Shown in pieces: positions 12,384 through 22,738 of a DNA stretch of 64,000 nt (position 1 is the first letter of the stretch; each line of letters begins with the position of its first letter). The position numbers and the translations under genes were made by a program. The stretch is from an uncultured Chloroflexia bacterium. Lineage in GTDB: Bacteria; Chloroflexota; Limnocylindria; Limnocylindrales; CSP1-4. Location of the stretch: positions 8,984-72,983 of the forward strand of contig CAWJIC010000022.1 in the NCBI GenBank assembly GCA_963842755.1, in the 5' to 3' direction. The notes under the pieces were generated by a model, which did not search any database, was not told the origin of the DNA, and saw nothing but the letters and a program-made list of their open reading frames with translations.

Positions 12384-12584
12384 ATGGCCCGTGCATGCGC
12401 CGTATGCGGCAAAGGATCGATGGGCAGCTTCAACGCCCAGTCGTCGGGGATGAACCGCGTTCGCGCCCATCGCCGCGTCGAGCCGAACCTCCAGCCGCTG
12501 ATCATCGCGACCGCCACCGGCGAGCAGAAGAAGCAGATGGTCTGCACGCGCTGCCGCCGGACGATGTCGAAGGCGAGCCGCTAG
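12384..12584 (+). CDS. rpmB: 50S ribosomal protein L28 (Zn-ribbon type)
   Basis: MARACAVCGK...RRVEPNLQ...VCTRCRRT; GAGG SD; divergent from yloU. Confidence 0.9.
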   Translation: MARACAVCGKGSMGSFNAQSSGMNRVRAHRRVEPNLQPLIIATATGEQKKQMVCTRCRRTMSKASR

Positions 12585-12630
12585 GCGGGTCGCCTTCGAC
12601 CGGCCAACCGGGCCGGGCCGCCGCCTCCAC

Positions 12631-12660
12631 GAACCCCCGATGCCGATGGCGCGGGGGTTC
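12631..12660. terminator. Hairpin between convergent rpmB and dtd
   Basis: GAACCCCCG-N12-CGGGGGTTC inverted repeat. Confidence 0.55.
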
Positions 12661-12668
12661 GGCACATC

Positions 12669-13118
12669 TCAGGCAGGCTCGGCCGTGTCGAGCCAGATGG
12701 TGAACGGACCTTCATTGACGAGCTCCACGGCCATCTCCGCTCCGAACCGCCCGCGAGCCACCGTGACGCCGAGGCCCTCGAGCGCCGCGGCGAACCGCTC
12801 GTAGAGCGCCAGCGCCAGCTCGGGTGCCGCGGCGCCAGTGAAGCCGGGCCGCCGGCCGCGCCGCGTGTCGGCGAACAGCGTGAACTGGCTGACGACGAGG
12901 GCCGCCCCGCCAACGTCGAGCAGCGAGCGGTTCGTCCGCCCCTCATCGTCGGAGAAGATCCGAAGCTCGGCCACCTTCCGGGCGAGGGTGCCGGCCACGG
13001 CAGCATCGTCCGCCGGGCCGATCCCCAGGAGGATCGCCAGGCCCGGTCCGATCCGGGCGATCGGCGTCCCGTCCACCCGGACCTCCGCCCGGCTGACACG
13101 CTGGAGGACGGCGCGCAT
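12669..13118 (-). CDS. dtd: D-aminoacyl-tRNA deacylase
   Basis: MRAVLQRV, VSQFTL, GRFGAEM..NEGPFT. Confidence 0.95.
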   Translation of the reverse strand: MRAVLQRVSRAEVRVDGTPIARIGPGLAILLGIGPADDAAVAGTLARKVAELRIFSDDEGRTNRSLLDVGGAALVVSQFTLFADTRRGRRPGFTGAAAPELALALYERFAAALEGLGVTVARGRFGAEMAVELVNEGPFTIWLDTAEPA

Positions 13119-13140
13119 CGCTGGAGGGCCCGTCCCGACC

Positions 13141-14385
13141 CTACCGGCTGAGAAGGCCCGCGGCGGCCCGCCACAGCCCGCCGAGGATCGCCAGCCAGGG
13201 GACGAGGTAGAGCGGCGTCGACGCACCGCCGAGCGCTCCGGTCCGGGCCAGCCAGGCCGCCCCGATCCCGCCGACCGCGGCGGCCACGAGACCCTGCCCG
13301 ACGACCGCCCAGCGGACGCGCCGGCCCAGCCGCCGGAGCGCCCCGGCGTCGCCCGCGTCGGCGGCCTCGACGCCCGCCTCGAGCTCAACGTCCGCCACGT
13401 CGTCGATCGCCCGGCGGAACCAGCGCGGGGCGTGGATGACCGCCCAGTACGCCGCGCTCGCGTAGGCGACCCCGCCGAGGATGTCGACGACGTAGTGGTC
13501 GGCCAGGTAGACCACCGAGAACCAGACGCACAGCGTGTAACCCAGCATGACCGCGCCCGCCCGACCGAACGCCCGCCGGGCGAACAGGAACGCGAGGAAC
13601 GGGAAGCCCGCATGGAGGGACGGGAACGCCGCGACCTGGTTGGGGTTGATGTCGTAGATCGTGTAGCTGTAGAGGTATCTGCCCTCGAATCCGAACGCCC
13701 GGGCGAGCTGGTCGAAGCCGAGCTCCTTGAGGTACAGGATCGCCGGCCGGCCGTCCGGGCCGGGCAGCTGGCCGTGCTCGGCAGCCCACCACGGCGGCGC
13801 GACCGGGAGGACGAGGTAGGTGGCGAAGCCCGCCATGGCCAGGACGATGAGCGCCGCCACGAAGTCGTAGTAGACCCGCCGCCGCCGGAGCCAGAGGAAG
13901 AACCCGACGGCGATCGGGAGCGGGAAATGGAGGAAGTAGAAGATCGTCGCCACGGAAGCCAGGACGTCCGTGCCAGCCGCCGGATGGAGCAGGTCCTGGA
14001 GGACCTCGGTCGGCAGCCGACCGAGGAAGAGCGTCCGCTCCAGCGCGATGACGTCCGTGACGTGGATCGCCGCCCCGAAGTCGTCGGCGTAGCCGCGCAT
14101 CAGCTCGTAGGCGAAGAACAGCCCGATGAACGGGATCCAGTCGCGCAGGAAGAGCCGGCCGCGACCGAGCAGCACGGCCGCCAGGCCCAACGCGACGAGC
14201 AGGACGTCGGGCGTGATCGAGACGCCCCTGACCAGCATCAGGGCGGACAGCAGGACGATATAGCCGCCGACGGCCCACAGCAGGATCCGGTCGTTGCGTC
14301 GCCCGAGCCTGGTGGTCTCGACCGGCACGGCGGCGTTCGGAGGGCCGTCGATCGGGAGCTCCGCGACGGCGGCCTCTTCGGTCAC
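13141..14385 (-). CDS. PAP2-superfamily membrane phosphotransferase (Aur1/IPC-synthase-like)
   Basis: Multiple TM segments, PVAPPW, AAFPSLHAG, HYVVDILGG. Start taken at the GTGA overlap at 14385. Confidence 0.82.
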   Translation of the reverse strand: MTEEAAVAELPIDGPPNAAVPVETTRLGRRNDRILLWAVGGYIVLLSALMLVRGVSITPDVLLVALGLAAVLLGRGRLFLRDWIPFIGLFFAYELMRGYADDFGAAIHVTDVIALERTLFLGRLPTEVLQDLLHPAAGTDVLASVATIFYFLHFPLPIAVGFFLWLRRRRVYYDFVAALIVLAMAGFATYLVLPVAPPWWAAEHGQLPGPDGRPAILYLKELGFDQLARAFGFEGRYLYSYTIYDINPNQVAAFPSLHAGFPFLAFLFARRAFGRAGAVMLGYTLCVWFSVVYLADHYVVDILGGVAYASAAYWAVIHAPRWFRRAIDDVADVELEAGVEAADAGDAGALRRLGRRVRWAVVGQGLVAAAVGGIGAAWLARTGALGGASTPLYLVPWLAILGGLWRAAAGLLSR

Positions 14386-15449
14386 GCCGGTGACGCCCGC
14401 GACGAATTCGACGGTCGGCGTCGCCTCGCCCGAGGCCGGGCCGGCCGCGGCCTCGCCGGTCTCGCCGGTCGCCGCGTCGAAGGATGCCCGCCAGGCTTCG
14501 GCCTCTGCGTACGCCTGCTCCCGCTCGGCCGCGTAGCGCGCGAGCGCGAGCGCCTCCACCGTGCGCGGCACGAGGAGGTCGTAGTCGCGCACCCCGTCCG
14601 GGTTCATCCGGCCGTCCGCCGCGGAGCATGATCACCGGGATCGCCGCCCGCCTCGATCTCGCGCATGCAGCTTCGTGCGCGAGCTGCATCGGGAGGCTGG
14701 CGAAGCGTGCACCACTCGTCGCGCGGGATCGGCGGCTGCGCCGTCGTTGAGCTGGTACTGGTAGCCCTCGTCGGCGAGCGCCTGGACCAGCCGGATCTCG
14801 CGGCCCATGTCGTGGCCCTTGATCGAACAGCGCCGACCCGACGACGAGGATGTCGACCCCGAGCCCGCCGACGAACTCGGCCGTCTCGCGGTTGATCCCG
14901 CCGTCGACGTGGACCTCGCCGCCGAGCGGCCTTGTGGCGAGCAGGTCTCGCGCGCCGCGAGGAGCTTTCCTGGCGCGACGTCGCTTCATGAACGACTGGC
15001 CGCCGAAGCCGGGCTCGACGGTCATGACCAGGACGATGTCGAGGAGCTCGCGGTACGGCTCGCAGCGCCGCGCAGCGGGGTCGCCGGCTTGACCGCCAGG
15101 CCCGGCCGCCCGTCCCGCCGCCCGGATCCTGCGCAGGGTCGGCTCGATCGGCTCGTCGACCTCGACGTGGAACGTGATCGAGTCGCAGCCGGCGTCGAGG
15201 AACTCGTCGACGTAGCGGCCGGGCTCGCTGATCATCAGGTGGGCGTCGAGCGGGCAGCTCGGTCCGCGGCCGGAGGCGCCTTGATCGTCTTCGGCCCGAA
15301 GGTCAGGTTCGGGACGAAGTGGCCGTCCATGACGTCGAGGTGGATCCGGTCGGCGCCCGCCGTTCTGGACGCGCCGGACGGCGTAGGCCAGGTTCGACGA
15401 GGTCGGCGTCGAGGATGCTCGCGGCGACCCGCGCCCGACCCGTGCCCAC
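14382..15449 (-). CDS. rpe: Ribulose-phosphate 3-epimerase with C-terminal extension (frameshifted)
   Basis: [50 protein letters not shown], followed by more than 100 further codons. Confidence 0.88.
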
Positions 15450-15451
15450 GG

Positions 15452-16724
15452 CTACTCCACCGCCCTCGCCGCGGCGACTCCGCGGTCAACGCGGCCGGCC
15501 GGCTCGTGGCTGCGCTCGCCGCGCAGCGCGGCTGCGCTCTCGCGCGACGAGTCAGCTCGCGGCGACGGGCGACCGCCGGCGCCGGCGGCTCCCCGGCGCG
15601 CTCGGCGGCGAGCTGGCCGCAGGCCGCGCCGATCTCCTGGCCGCGGTTGCGGCGGATCGTCGTCGCGATCCCGGCCGTCGCGGAGGCGTCGCCGCGAACC
15701 GCTCGATGACCGGCATCGGGCTCGCCGTCCACGGCGTGTGGGCGACCGGGTTCATCGGGATGAGGTTGACGTGGGCGTGGTCGCCGCGGAGGAGCTCGGC
15801 CATCGCGTCGGCATCGGCCGTCGGTGTCGTTCACGCCGCCGATCATCGTGACCTCGTAGGTGATCCGCCGGCCGGTCGCGCCGGCGTGGTCGCGGGCCGC
15901 CGCGACGACCTCGGCGACCGGCCAGCGCCGGTTGAGCGGGACGAGCACGTCGCGGAGCGGATCGCGCGCGGCGTGGAGGGAGACCGCCAGCGTGAACTGC
16001 GGCCCGAGCGCGGTCAGCCGGCGGATGCCCGGCACGACGCCCGACGTGGAGACGTGATGTGGCGCGCGCCGAGGCCGAACCGGCGTCGGGTCGTTGAGCG
16101 CGTCGACCGCCTCGAGCACGCGGTCGAGGTTGAGCAGCGGCTCGCCCATGCCCATGAACACGACGTTGGTCAGGCGCTTGCCCGTCGGCCGCGAGGCGGC
16201 GCGCCGCGTGGCGGACCTGGTCGACGATCTCGGCGGTCTCGAGGTCGCGGCCGAAGCCGAGCTCGCCGGTCGCGCAGAACGGGCAGCCGACCGCGCAGCC
16301 GGCCTGGCTCGAGATGCACAGCGTGTGCCGCTCGCGCTGGCCGGCCCGGGCCGGGTAGTGCATCAGGACCGATTCGATCGAGCGCGCCGTCGGACAGCCG
16401 ATGGAGCGCCTTCTCGGTCAGGCCGCCGTCCGACGAGACGGAGCTCCGTGTCGGCGACGGTGTCGAAGCGGAACGCGGCGTCGAGCTCGGCGCGGAGCGG
16501 CCGGCGGGCAGGGTCCGGATCGCGCGGGCATCGCGCGGCATGGCCGTCCCACAGCGCGTCGGCGACCTGGCGGGCGCGGTAGGCCGGCTGCGCCGCGCTG
16601 CGGCGAACCAGGCGGCCAGCGCCTCCGGGTCGAGGCCGGACAGGCCCGGTCGGGGGTCGCGCAGCGGGCCGGCGGTCGGCTCCGGCGTGCTCGCCGGGGC
16701 GCCGCTGGAGGAGGCATCGGTCAC
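15452..16724 (-). CDS. rlmN: Dual-specificity rRNA/tRNA methyltransferase RlmN (frameshifted)
   Basis: [19 protein letters not shown] (radical SAM CxxxCxxC), [16 protein letters not shown]. Confidence 0.92.
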
Positions 16725-16790
16725 GGCCGCATTGTCGCACGGAGACCGGGACCGGCCGAGGCCGCGGACGGGGGCCGAGGACGGGGCCGC

Positions 16791-17773
16791 TCAGTCTCCG
16801 GTCGGTCCGCCAGCGAGCGCGCGGCCACGGCCGCGGAGGAACTCGACCGAAGACATGGGGCGGCCACCGGCGGGCTGGACCTCGAGCAGGCGGAGACGGC
16901 CGTCAGCCGTCATGAGGACGAGCCCGCGCCCGTCAGCGGCCAGCCCGCCGGGCACGTCCCCGCGCTCGGGCTCTCGACCGCGGCGGCGAGGACCGCGAGC
17001 CGGCCGACCCGCGGTCTCGAGGAAGGAGCCGGGCCACGGCCGGTAGGCCCGGACGGCCCGCTCGAGCTCGCGAGCCGGTCGGGCGGGATCGAGTCGGCCG
17101 TCGTCCCGCCGGAGCGGTCCGGGTGAGCGTGGCACCAGCCTCGTCCTGCGGACCGGCGGGGAGCTCGCCCGCGAGCCAGCCGGCCAGCGATCGCCGAACG
17201 AGGGCCGCGCCCGCTACCGCCGCCCGCGCCTCGAGCTCGGGCGCGGTCTCCGTCCCGTCCAGCGGCCACGCCTCGACCGCGACGATCGGCCCGGTGTCGA
17301 GGCCGGCGTCCATCCGGATCACGGTCACTCCGGTCTCGCGGTCGCCGGCGAGGATCGCGGCCGGGATCGGCGAGGCCCCCCGGTGGCGCGGGAGGAGCGA
17401 CGGGTGGAGGTTGAGGATCCCGTGGGGCGGGATGTCCAGGACGGCCTGCGGCACGATCTGGCCGTAGTCGGCGAGGACGCCCAGCGTCGGGATGCAGCGC
17501 CGCGATCGCCGCGATCGCCTCGGGGTCCCGCATCCGGGCTGGCTGGAGGAGCGCGATCCCGAGCTCGCCGGCGCGCCGCGCGACCGGCGTCGGGGTGAGC
17601 TCGCCGTGCCGGCCGGCAGGGCGGTCGGGAGCGCGTGACGACCGCGACGAGGTCGACCTCCGGCGCGCCGGCCAGCGCCTCGAGGATCGGGACCGCGAAC
17701 GCGCCGCTGCCGAGGAAGACGAGCCGGGCAGGCCCGGATGGGGCACTCGCGGGCGGCGCGACGCCCGGCTCAC
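16791..17773 (-). CDS. fmt: Methionyl-tRNA formyltransferase (frameshifted)
   Basis: VFLGSGAFA, LNLHPSLLPRHRGASP, MDAGLDTGP, RAYRPWPG. Confidence 0.93.
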
Positions 17774-18294
17774 GCGAGGGCGTGTGTCGCCTCGCGGATC
17801 GGCGGCGTCGCCGTCCTCGTCGTCGCCCGCGCCGACCGGGATGAGCTCGTCCATCGACTCGAGGTAGTCGATGTAGAGCTTGCCGTCGAGGTGGTCGAGC
17901 TCGTGCTGGAGGGCCCGGCCGAGGAGTCCCGACCCGGCGACCTTGATCTTCTTGCCCATGCCGGTTCTGGGCCACGACCCAGACCTTCTCGCGGCGGGTG
18001 ACGTAGGCGACGTAGCCCGGGATCGACAGGCAGCCCTCGAGGTCGCGGTCGTCGCCGATCGGTCCGGACGATCTTCGGGTTCACGAGCTCGTAGAGCTGG
18101 TTCTCGACCTCGATGACGCAGGCCCGCATCGCCTCGCCGAGCTGCGGCGCGGCCAGGCCGACGCCGGGCGCGTGGCGCATCGTGTGGGCCAGGTCGTCGA
18201 GGAGCTCGTGGAGGTACTTCCCGAAGCTGTCGACGGGCTCGCCCTTCAGGCGCAGGCGGGGGTCGCCGAGGAGGACGATCGGCTTCACGCTCAT
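17770..18294 (-). CDS. def: Peptide deformylase (frameshifted)
   Basis: GVGLAAPQLG, EGCLSIPG, QHELDHLDG. Confidence 0.94.
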   Translation of the reverse strand: MSVKPIVLLGDPRLRLKGEPVDSFGKYLHELLDDLAHTMRHAPGVGLAAPQLGEAMRACVIEVENQLYELVNPKIVRTDRRRPRPRGLPVDPGLRRLRHPPREGLGRGPEPAWARRSRSPGRDSSAGPSSTSSTTSTASSTSTTSSRWTSSSRSARATTRTATPPIREATHALA

Positions 18295-18494
18295 GGCGCG
18301 AGTATACCGAAGGAGACCGGCCGGCTTCCCCGCGGCTTCCCCGCGGCTTCCCCGCGTGCGAGCCTCAGCGGGCTTCGGCGCCCGGCGCCCTGGTCGCGGC
18401 CCTCGGTCACCACCACGACCGGGCAGTGGACGGCGCCGCGCAGCCGGTGCGGGACGTCGAGACCCAGCCAGCGTGCTGTCGGACCGGATCAGGG

Positions 18495-21053
18495 TCACAG
18501 GAGCGACTCCGGATCGACGTCGACGGACCAGGGCGCGGCGACGCCGCCGTCCAGGAGGTCCGCCGGCGCGCCTCCGCGGAGGACGAGGTTCCAGCGCCAG
18601 CGGCCGGCTCGCCGCCGGATGAAGGCGGGTGCCGGGCCGATGATGGCGACCCGAGCGGCCCGTTCCGCCGCCCGGGCCCGGAGCCGCTCGGCCATCGCCG
18701 TCGCCTCGCGCTCCGCCGCCTCCGCGTCCGGCAGCGCCACCGTCAGCTTCACCAGCCGGCCGAACGGCGGCGACCCGAACCGCTCGCGGACCGCGAGCTC
18801 GGCGTCATAGAAGGCTGCCGCGTCCCCGGTCGCCACCGCCTGGACGGCCGGGTGGTCCGGCTGGTAGCTCTGGATGATCGCCCGGCCGGGTCGTTCGCCG
18901 CGTCCCGCCCGCCCGACCGCCTGGGCCAGGAGTTGGTACGTCCGCTCGGCCGCTCGCTCGTCCGGGAGGTTGAGCGCAACATCCGCGCTGACCACCCCGA
19001 CGAGGGTCACCTCGGGGATGTCGAGCCCCTTCGTCACCAGGCTCGTTCCCACGAGGACGTCGAGCCGGCCGTCGGTGAAGGCATCGATCACCCGCTCGGC
19101 GGCGCCCTTGCGCTCCACGACGTCCCGGTCCAGGCGGCCGACCCGGAGCCGCGGGAACCGCTCGCGGACCTCGCGCTCGACCCGTTCCGTCCCGCCGCCG
19201 AGGTAGCGGATCCGCGGCGAGGCGCAGGCCGGGCAGCGGGTTGCCATCGGCGCGGCCGTCCCGCAGTGGTGGCAGCGCAGGGACCCGCCCGCCTCGTGGT
19301 AGACGAGCGGCCGCTCGCACTCGGGACAGGCCTGGACGTGCCCGCAGTCGCGGCACAGGACGACCGACGCGGTCCCGCGCCGGTTGATCACGAGGATCGC
19401 CCGCTCGCCCGCGGCGGCGTCGAGCGCCGCAAGCTCCGCGGCGAGCCGGCCCGACAGGAGCCCGCGGTTGCCGGCCGCCAGCTCCGCCCGCAGGTCGACG
19501 ACCTCGATCTCTGGCGGGACGCCCGACGGACGGCTCGGCAGGCCGACCCGCCGATAGACGCCGGCCCGGGCCCGACCGATCGTGTCGACCGCCGGCGTCG
19601 CGCTGCCGAGGATGGCCGCAGCGCCGGCAATCCGGGCAAGCTCGAGCGCGGTGTCGCGTGCCTGGAACCGCGGGGTCCGGTCGCTCTTGTAGGTCGCCTC
19701 GTGCTCCTCGTCGACGATCACGAGGCCGACATCGACGAGCGGGGCGAGGACCGCAAGCCTGGTCCCCACGACGATATCGACGGCGCCCGCCCGGATCCGA
19801 CGCCACTCGTCCGCCCGCTCCCCCGCCCCGACGGCGGAGTGGAGCAGCGCCACGCGAGCGTCGAGATCCGCCCGCAGCCGGTCCACCAGCGGGATCGCCA
19901 GGGCGATCTCGGGGACGAGGACGAGCACCGGCCTGCCCGCCTCCAGGCACGCCGCGATCGCCTCCTGGTAGACCGCCGTCTTGCCCCCGCCCGTGACCCC
20001 GTCGAGGAGGAGCGGCGTCGGGTCGCGCCCGGCGATGGCGGCGTGGGCGAGGGCGACCGCCTCCGCCTGGGGACCCGTGAGCGAGGAGCTCGGCGGGCGG
20101 GCGCCGCGGCCCCCGGATGGCCGGTGGGCGAGGGGCCGGCGGGGCCGCTCGCGGACATCCGTCCCGGCGAACCCGCGGCGGACGAGCCCGGCCAGCGCCG
20201 AAGTCCCGTGCCGGCCCGCCAGCACCGCGGCGGGCTGCCCGCCCGGATCAGCGTCCGCGAGCTCCCCGAGGAGCGCGACCTGGCGTGGCCCGAGCGGCCG
20301 GCCGGACAGGCGAGCTCCCGAGCGGAGCACGGCCGCGGCTACCCGACCCTCATCCGTCGCGGCCGCCCAGCGCTCGTAGCGCGGGCCGCCCGAGGCCGCG
20401 GTCAGGGTCCAGTCGAGATCGACCAGCCCGCGAGCCGCCAGCGCCCGGAGCCGACGCAGGAGACCGGCCCGACCCTCCGGCGAGCCGAGGTCGCGGACGG
20501 CGAGCGGCCCACCGTCGAGCTGGTCGAGCAGGGCTCGGTCCTGCGCCGCGAGATCCTCCGGCCCGGTCTCACGGCCTCGGCCGACACCCGCCTCGGCAGG
20601 CCCGTCGGGGCGCCGTTCGGCGACGAGCTCGAGCCGCTCGAGGAGCCCGGGCGGCAGCATCGCCCGGATGACGAGCGCCGGCGGGGCGAGGTACGTGGTG
20701 GCGATCCACCGGGCAAGGGCGAGGGCGAGCGGCGGGAGCAGCGGCCCGTCCGCGCGGATCCGGTCGATGATCGGCTTGGGCACGATGCCGGGCGACCCGG
20801 CGGCTGGCCCGAGGACGATCCCGAGGGCCTGGCGCCGGCCGAACTCGACCAGGACGGCCTCGCCCGGCTGGAGGTCGGCGAGCCGGGGCGGGACCGCGTA
20901 GGTGTAGGTCCGCGAACCCCCGGCGCCCGGCGCGTCGACCGCCACCTCGAGCCATCGGTCGCCGGCCCCGGCGTGGTCGTCCGGCGGCTCGGCGTCCCTC
21001 CCGAACTCGAGGCCGAGCTCGTCAGCCCGCCCATCCGCGCCAGGTATCGTCAT
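18495..21053 (-). CDS. priA: Primosomal protein N'
   Basis: Intact ORF with GVTGGGKT, DEEH, SATP, four CxxC pairs and QAVGRAGR. Confidence 0.96.
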   Translation of the reverse strand: MTIPGADGRADELGLEFGRDAEPPDDHAGAGDRWLEVAVDAPGAGGSRTYTYAVPPRLADLQPGEAVLVEFGRRQALGIVLGPAAGSPGIVPKPIIDRIRADGPLLPPLALALARWIATTYLAPPALVIRAMLPPGLLERLELVAERRPDGPAEAGVGRGRETGPEDLAAQDRALLDQLDGGPLAVRDLGSPEGRAGLLRRLRALAARGLVDLDWTLTAASGGPRYERWAAATDEGRVAAAVLRSGARLSGRPLGPRQVALLGELADADPGGQPAAVLAGRHGTSALAGLVRRGFAGTDVRERPRRPLAHRPSGGRGARPPSSSLTGPQAEAVALAHAAIAGRDPTPLLLDGVTGGGKTAVYQEAIAACLEAGRPVLVLVPEIALAIPLVDRLRADLDARVALLHSAVGAGERADEWRRIRAGAVDIVVGTRLAVLAPLVDVGLVIVDEEHEATYKSDRTPRFQARDTALELARIAGAAAILGSATPAVDTIGRARAGVYRRVGLPSRPSGVPPEIEVVDLRAELAAGNRGLLSGRLAAELAALDAAAGERAILVINRRGTASVVLCRDCGHVQACPECERPLVYHEAGGSLRCHHCGTAAPMATRCPACASPRIRYLGGGTERVEREVRERFPRLRVGRLDRDVVERKGAAERVIDAFTDGRLDVLVGTSLVTKGLDIPEVTLVGVVSADVALNLPDERAAERTYQLLAQAVGRAGRGERPGRAIIQSYQPDHPAVQAVATGDAAAFYDAELAVRERFGSPPFGRLVKLTVALPDAEAAEREATAMAERLRARAAERAARVAIIGPAPAFIRRRAGRWRWNLVLRGGAPADLLDGGVAAPWSVDVDPESLL

Positions 21054-21111
21054 CGAGGCCCATTCTGGCAGGGACGCTGCGTCAGCTTGGCCGTCACGAC
21101 GCCGTCCGCGG

Positions 21112-21140
21112 GTCGCCGGCCCGACGTCCGGCCGGCGACC
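21112..21140 (-). terminator. GC hairpin after gmk
   Basis: GTCGCCGGCC-N9-GGCCGGCGAC inverted repeat immediately after the gmk stop; no U-tract. Confidence 0.4.
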
Positions 21141-21758
21141 TCAGACCCGGACGCGGCGGTCGGGGTGCCTCGTCCGCTCCTCGGCGATGATCTCGTCGAT
21201 CCGGGCCGCGGTCGACTCGACCTCCCCGTCCCGGTTCTCGACGATGTAGTCGTAGTCCTCCTGGCGGGCGAGCTCGATCGCCGCGTTGCGCTGGCGGAGC
21301 TCGAGCTGGTCGGCGGTCTCGGTCGCCCGCGATTTCAGCCGTCGGAAGAGCGTCTCGAGCGACGGCGGGACGATGAAGATGAGGACGGCCTCGGGGACGT
21401 TCTCCTTGACCACCTGGGCACCCTGGACGTCGATCTTCAGGATCACGTCGTGGCCGGCGGCCAGCGCCTCGCGGACCTGCGCCCGGGGCGTCCCGTACCA
21501 GTTGCCGTGGACCTCGTTCGCCTCGAGCAGCTCACCGGCGTCGCGCAGGGCGCTGAACCGTTCGCGATCGAGGAAGTGGTAGTTCACCCCGTTGACCTCG
21601 CCCGGCCGTCGGGCGCGGGTCGTGCAGGTCACCACGTAGTGGTAGTCGGGGTTCCGTGGCCGTCCACGCAGGGCGTCGATGATCGTGTCCTTGCCGACGC
21701 CCGACGGCCCGGAGATGATGATCAGCATGGCCCCCGGGGCGCCCCCGACCCGGGTCAT
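21141..21758 (-). CDS. gmk: Guanylate kinase
   Basis: ISGPSGVGKDT, TTRARRPGEVNGVNYHF, YGTP, IDVQGA. Confidence 0.96.
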   Translation of the reverse strand: MTRVGGAPGAMLIIISGPSGVGKDTIIDALRGRPRNPDYHYVVTCTTRARRPGEVNGVNYHFLDRERFSALRDAGELLEANEVHGNWYGTPRAQVREALAAGHDVILKIDVQGAQVVKENVPEAVLIFIVPPSLETLFRRLKSRATETADQLELRQRNAAIELARQEDYDYIVENRDGEVESTAARIDEIIAEERTRHPDRRVRV

Positions 21759-22738
21759 TGATCCTCCTCGGGGGCCGTCGGCAGGGGCCCCGGCCGGTCC
21801 CCTGCGCGGAGGCGTTCGAGGACCGCCTCGAGTTCGGCGGGGAGCGGCGCCCTCGCCCGGATGAGCCGGCCATCGGACGGTGACGCGAGCTCCAGCCGCC
21901 AGGCGTGGAGGAAGAGGCGGGCGAGCCCTTCGGGACCTCGACGCGACGTGCCCGTGCCGTACACGGAATCGCCCGCGACCGGGTGGCCGATCGCGAACAG
22001 GTGGACCCGGATCTGGTGGGTGCGACCCGTGACGAGATCGAGCTCGAGGAGCGTCCAGCCGGGGAGCCGCTCGCGGACCCGATAGCCGGTCACCGAGGGC
22101 CGCCCGTCGGGCACGACCGCCATCCGCGTCCGGTGCTTCGGGTCGCGCCCGATCGGCGCCTCGATCCGGCCGACGTTCGCGACGACGCCACCCTGGACGA
22201 GCGCGAGGTAGGTCTTCTTCACGCGGCGCGCCTTCAGCTGGGCCATCAGGCTCGCCTGCGCCGCGTCGCCCTTGGCGACCATGATCAGGCCGCTCGTGTC
22301 GCGGTCCAGGCGATGGACGATCCCCGGGCGCTGGACGCCGGCGATGCCCCCGTACTCGCTGCCGCCGGAACGGCCGAGCAACGCGTTCACGAGCGTCCCG
22401 CTGGCGTGGCCCGGAGCCGGATGGACGACGAGGCCGGCGGGCTTGTCCACGATGAGCAGGTCCGCGTCCTCGTAGACGACGGTCAGCGGGATGGCCTCGC
22501 CGAGGACCTCGAGCGGGATGGCGGCCGGCACCTCGAGCTCGAGCCGGGCCCCCGGGCCGACAGCCGCGTTCGCCTTGAGGGGCGCGCCGGCGAGCGTGAG
22601 GCGACCGTCGGAGATCAGCTTCTGGACGTAGCTCCGCGACAGGCCCGAGACGTCCGCAACGAACCGGTCCACACGGCGCGGGCCGCCGTCCTCCGGGACG
22701 ACGAAGACCCGGCGGGTCGCGACCGACTCGTCAGTCAT
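21755..22738 (-). CDS. rluD: RluA/RluD family pseudouridine synthase with S4 domain
   Basis: RVDRFVAD, VDKPAGLVVHP, HRLDRDTSG, TGRTHQIRVH. Confidence 0.9.
   Translation of the reverse strand: MTDESVATRRVFVVPEDGGPRRVDRFVADVSGLSRSYVQKLISDGRLTLAGAPLKANAAVGPGARLELEVPAAIPLEVLGEAIPLTVVYEDADLLIVDKPAGLVVHPAPGHASGTLVNALLGRSGGSEYGGIAGVQRPGIVHRLDRDTSGLIMVAKGDAAQASLMAQLKARRVKKTYLALVQGGVVANVGRIEAPIGRDPKHRTRMAVVPDGRPSVTGYRVRERLPGWTLLELDLVTGRTHQIRVHLFAIGHPVAGDSVYGTGTSRRGPEGLARLFLHAWRLELASPSDGRLIRARAPLPAELEAVLERLRAGDRPGPLPTAPEEDQ

Noticed and set aside
15452-16724. Cfr-type resistance methyltransferase
   Set aside because: Housekeeping context next to fmt/def and RlmN-like motifs; nothing indicates Cfr.
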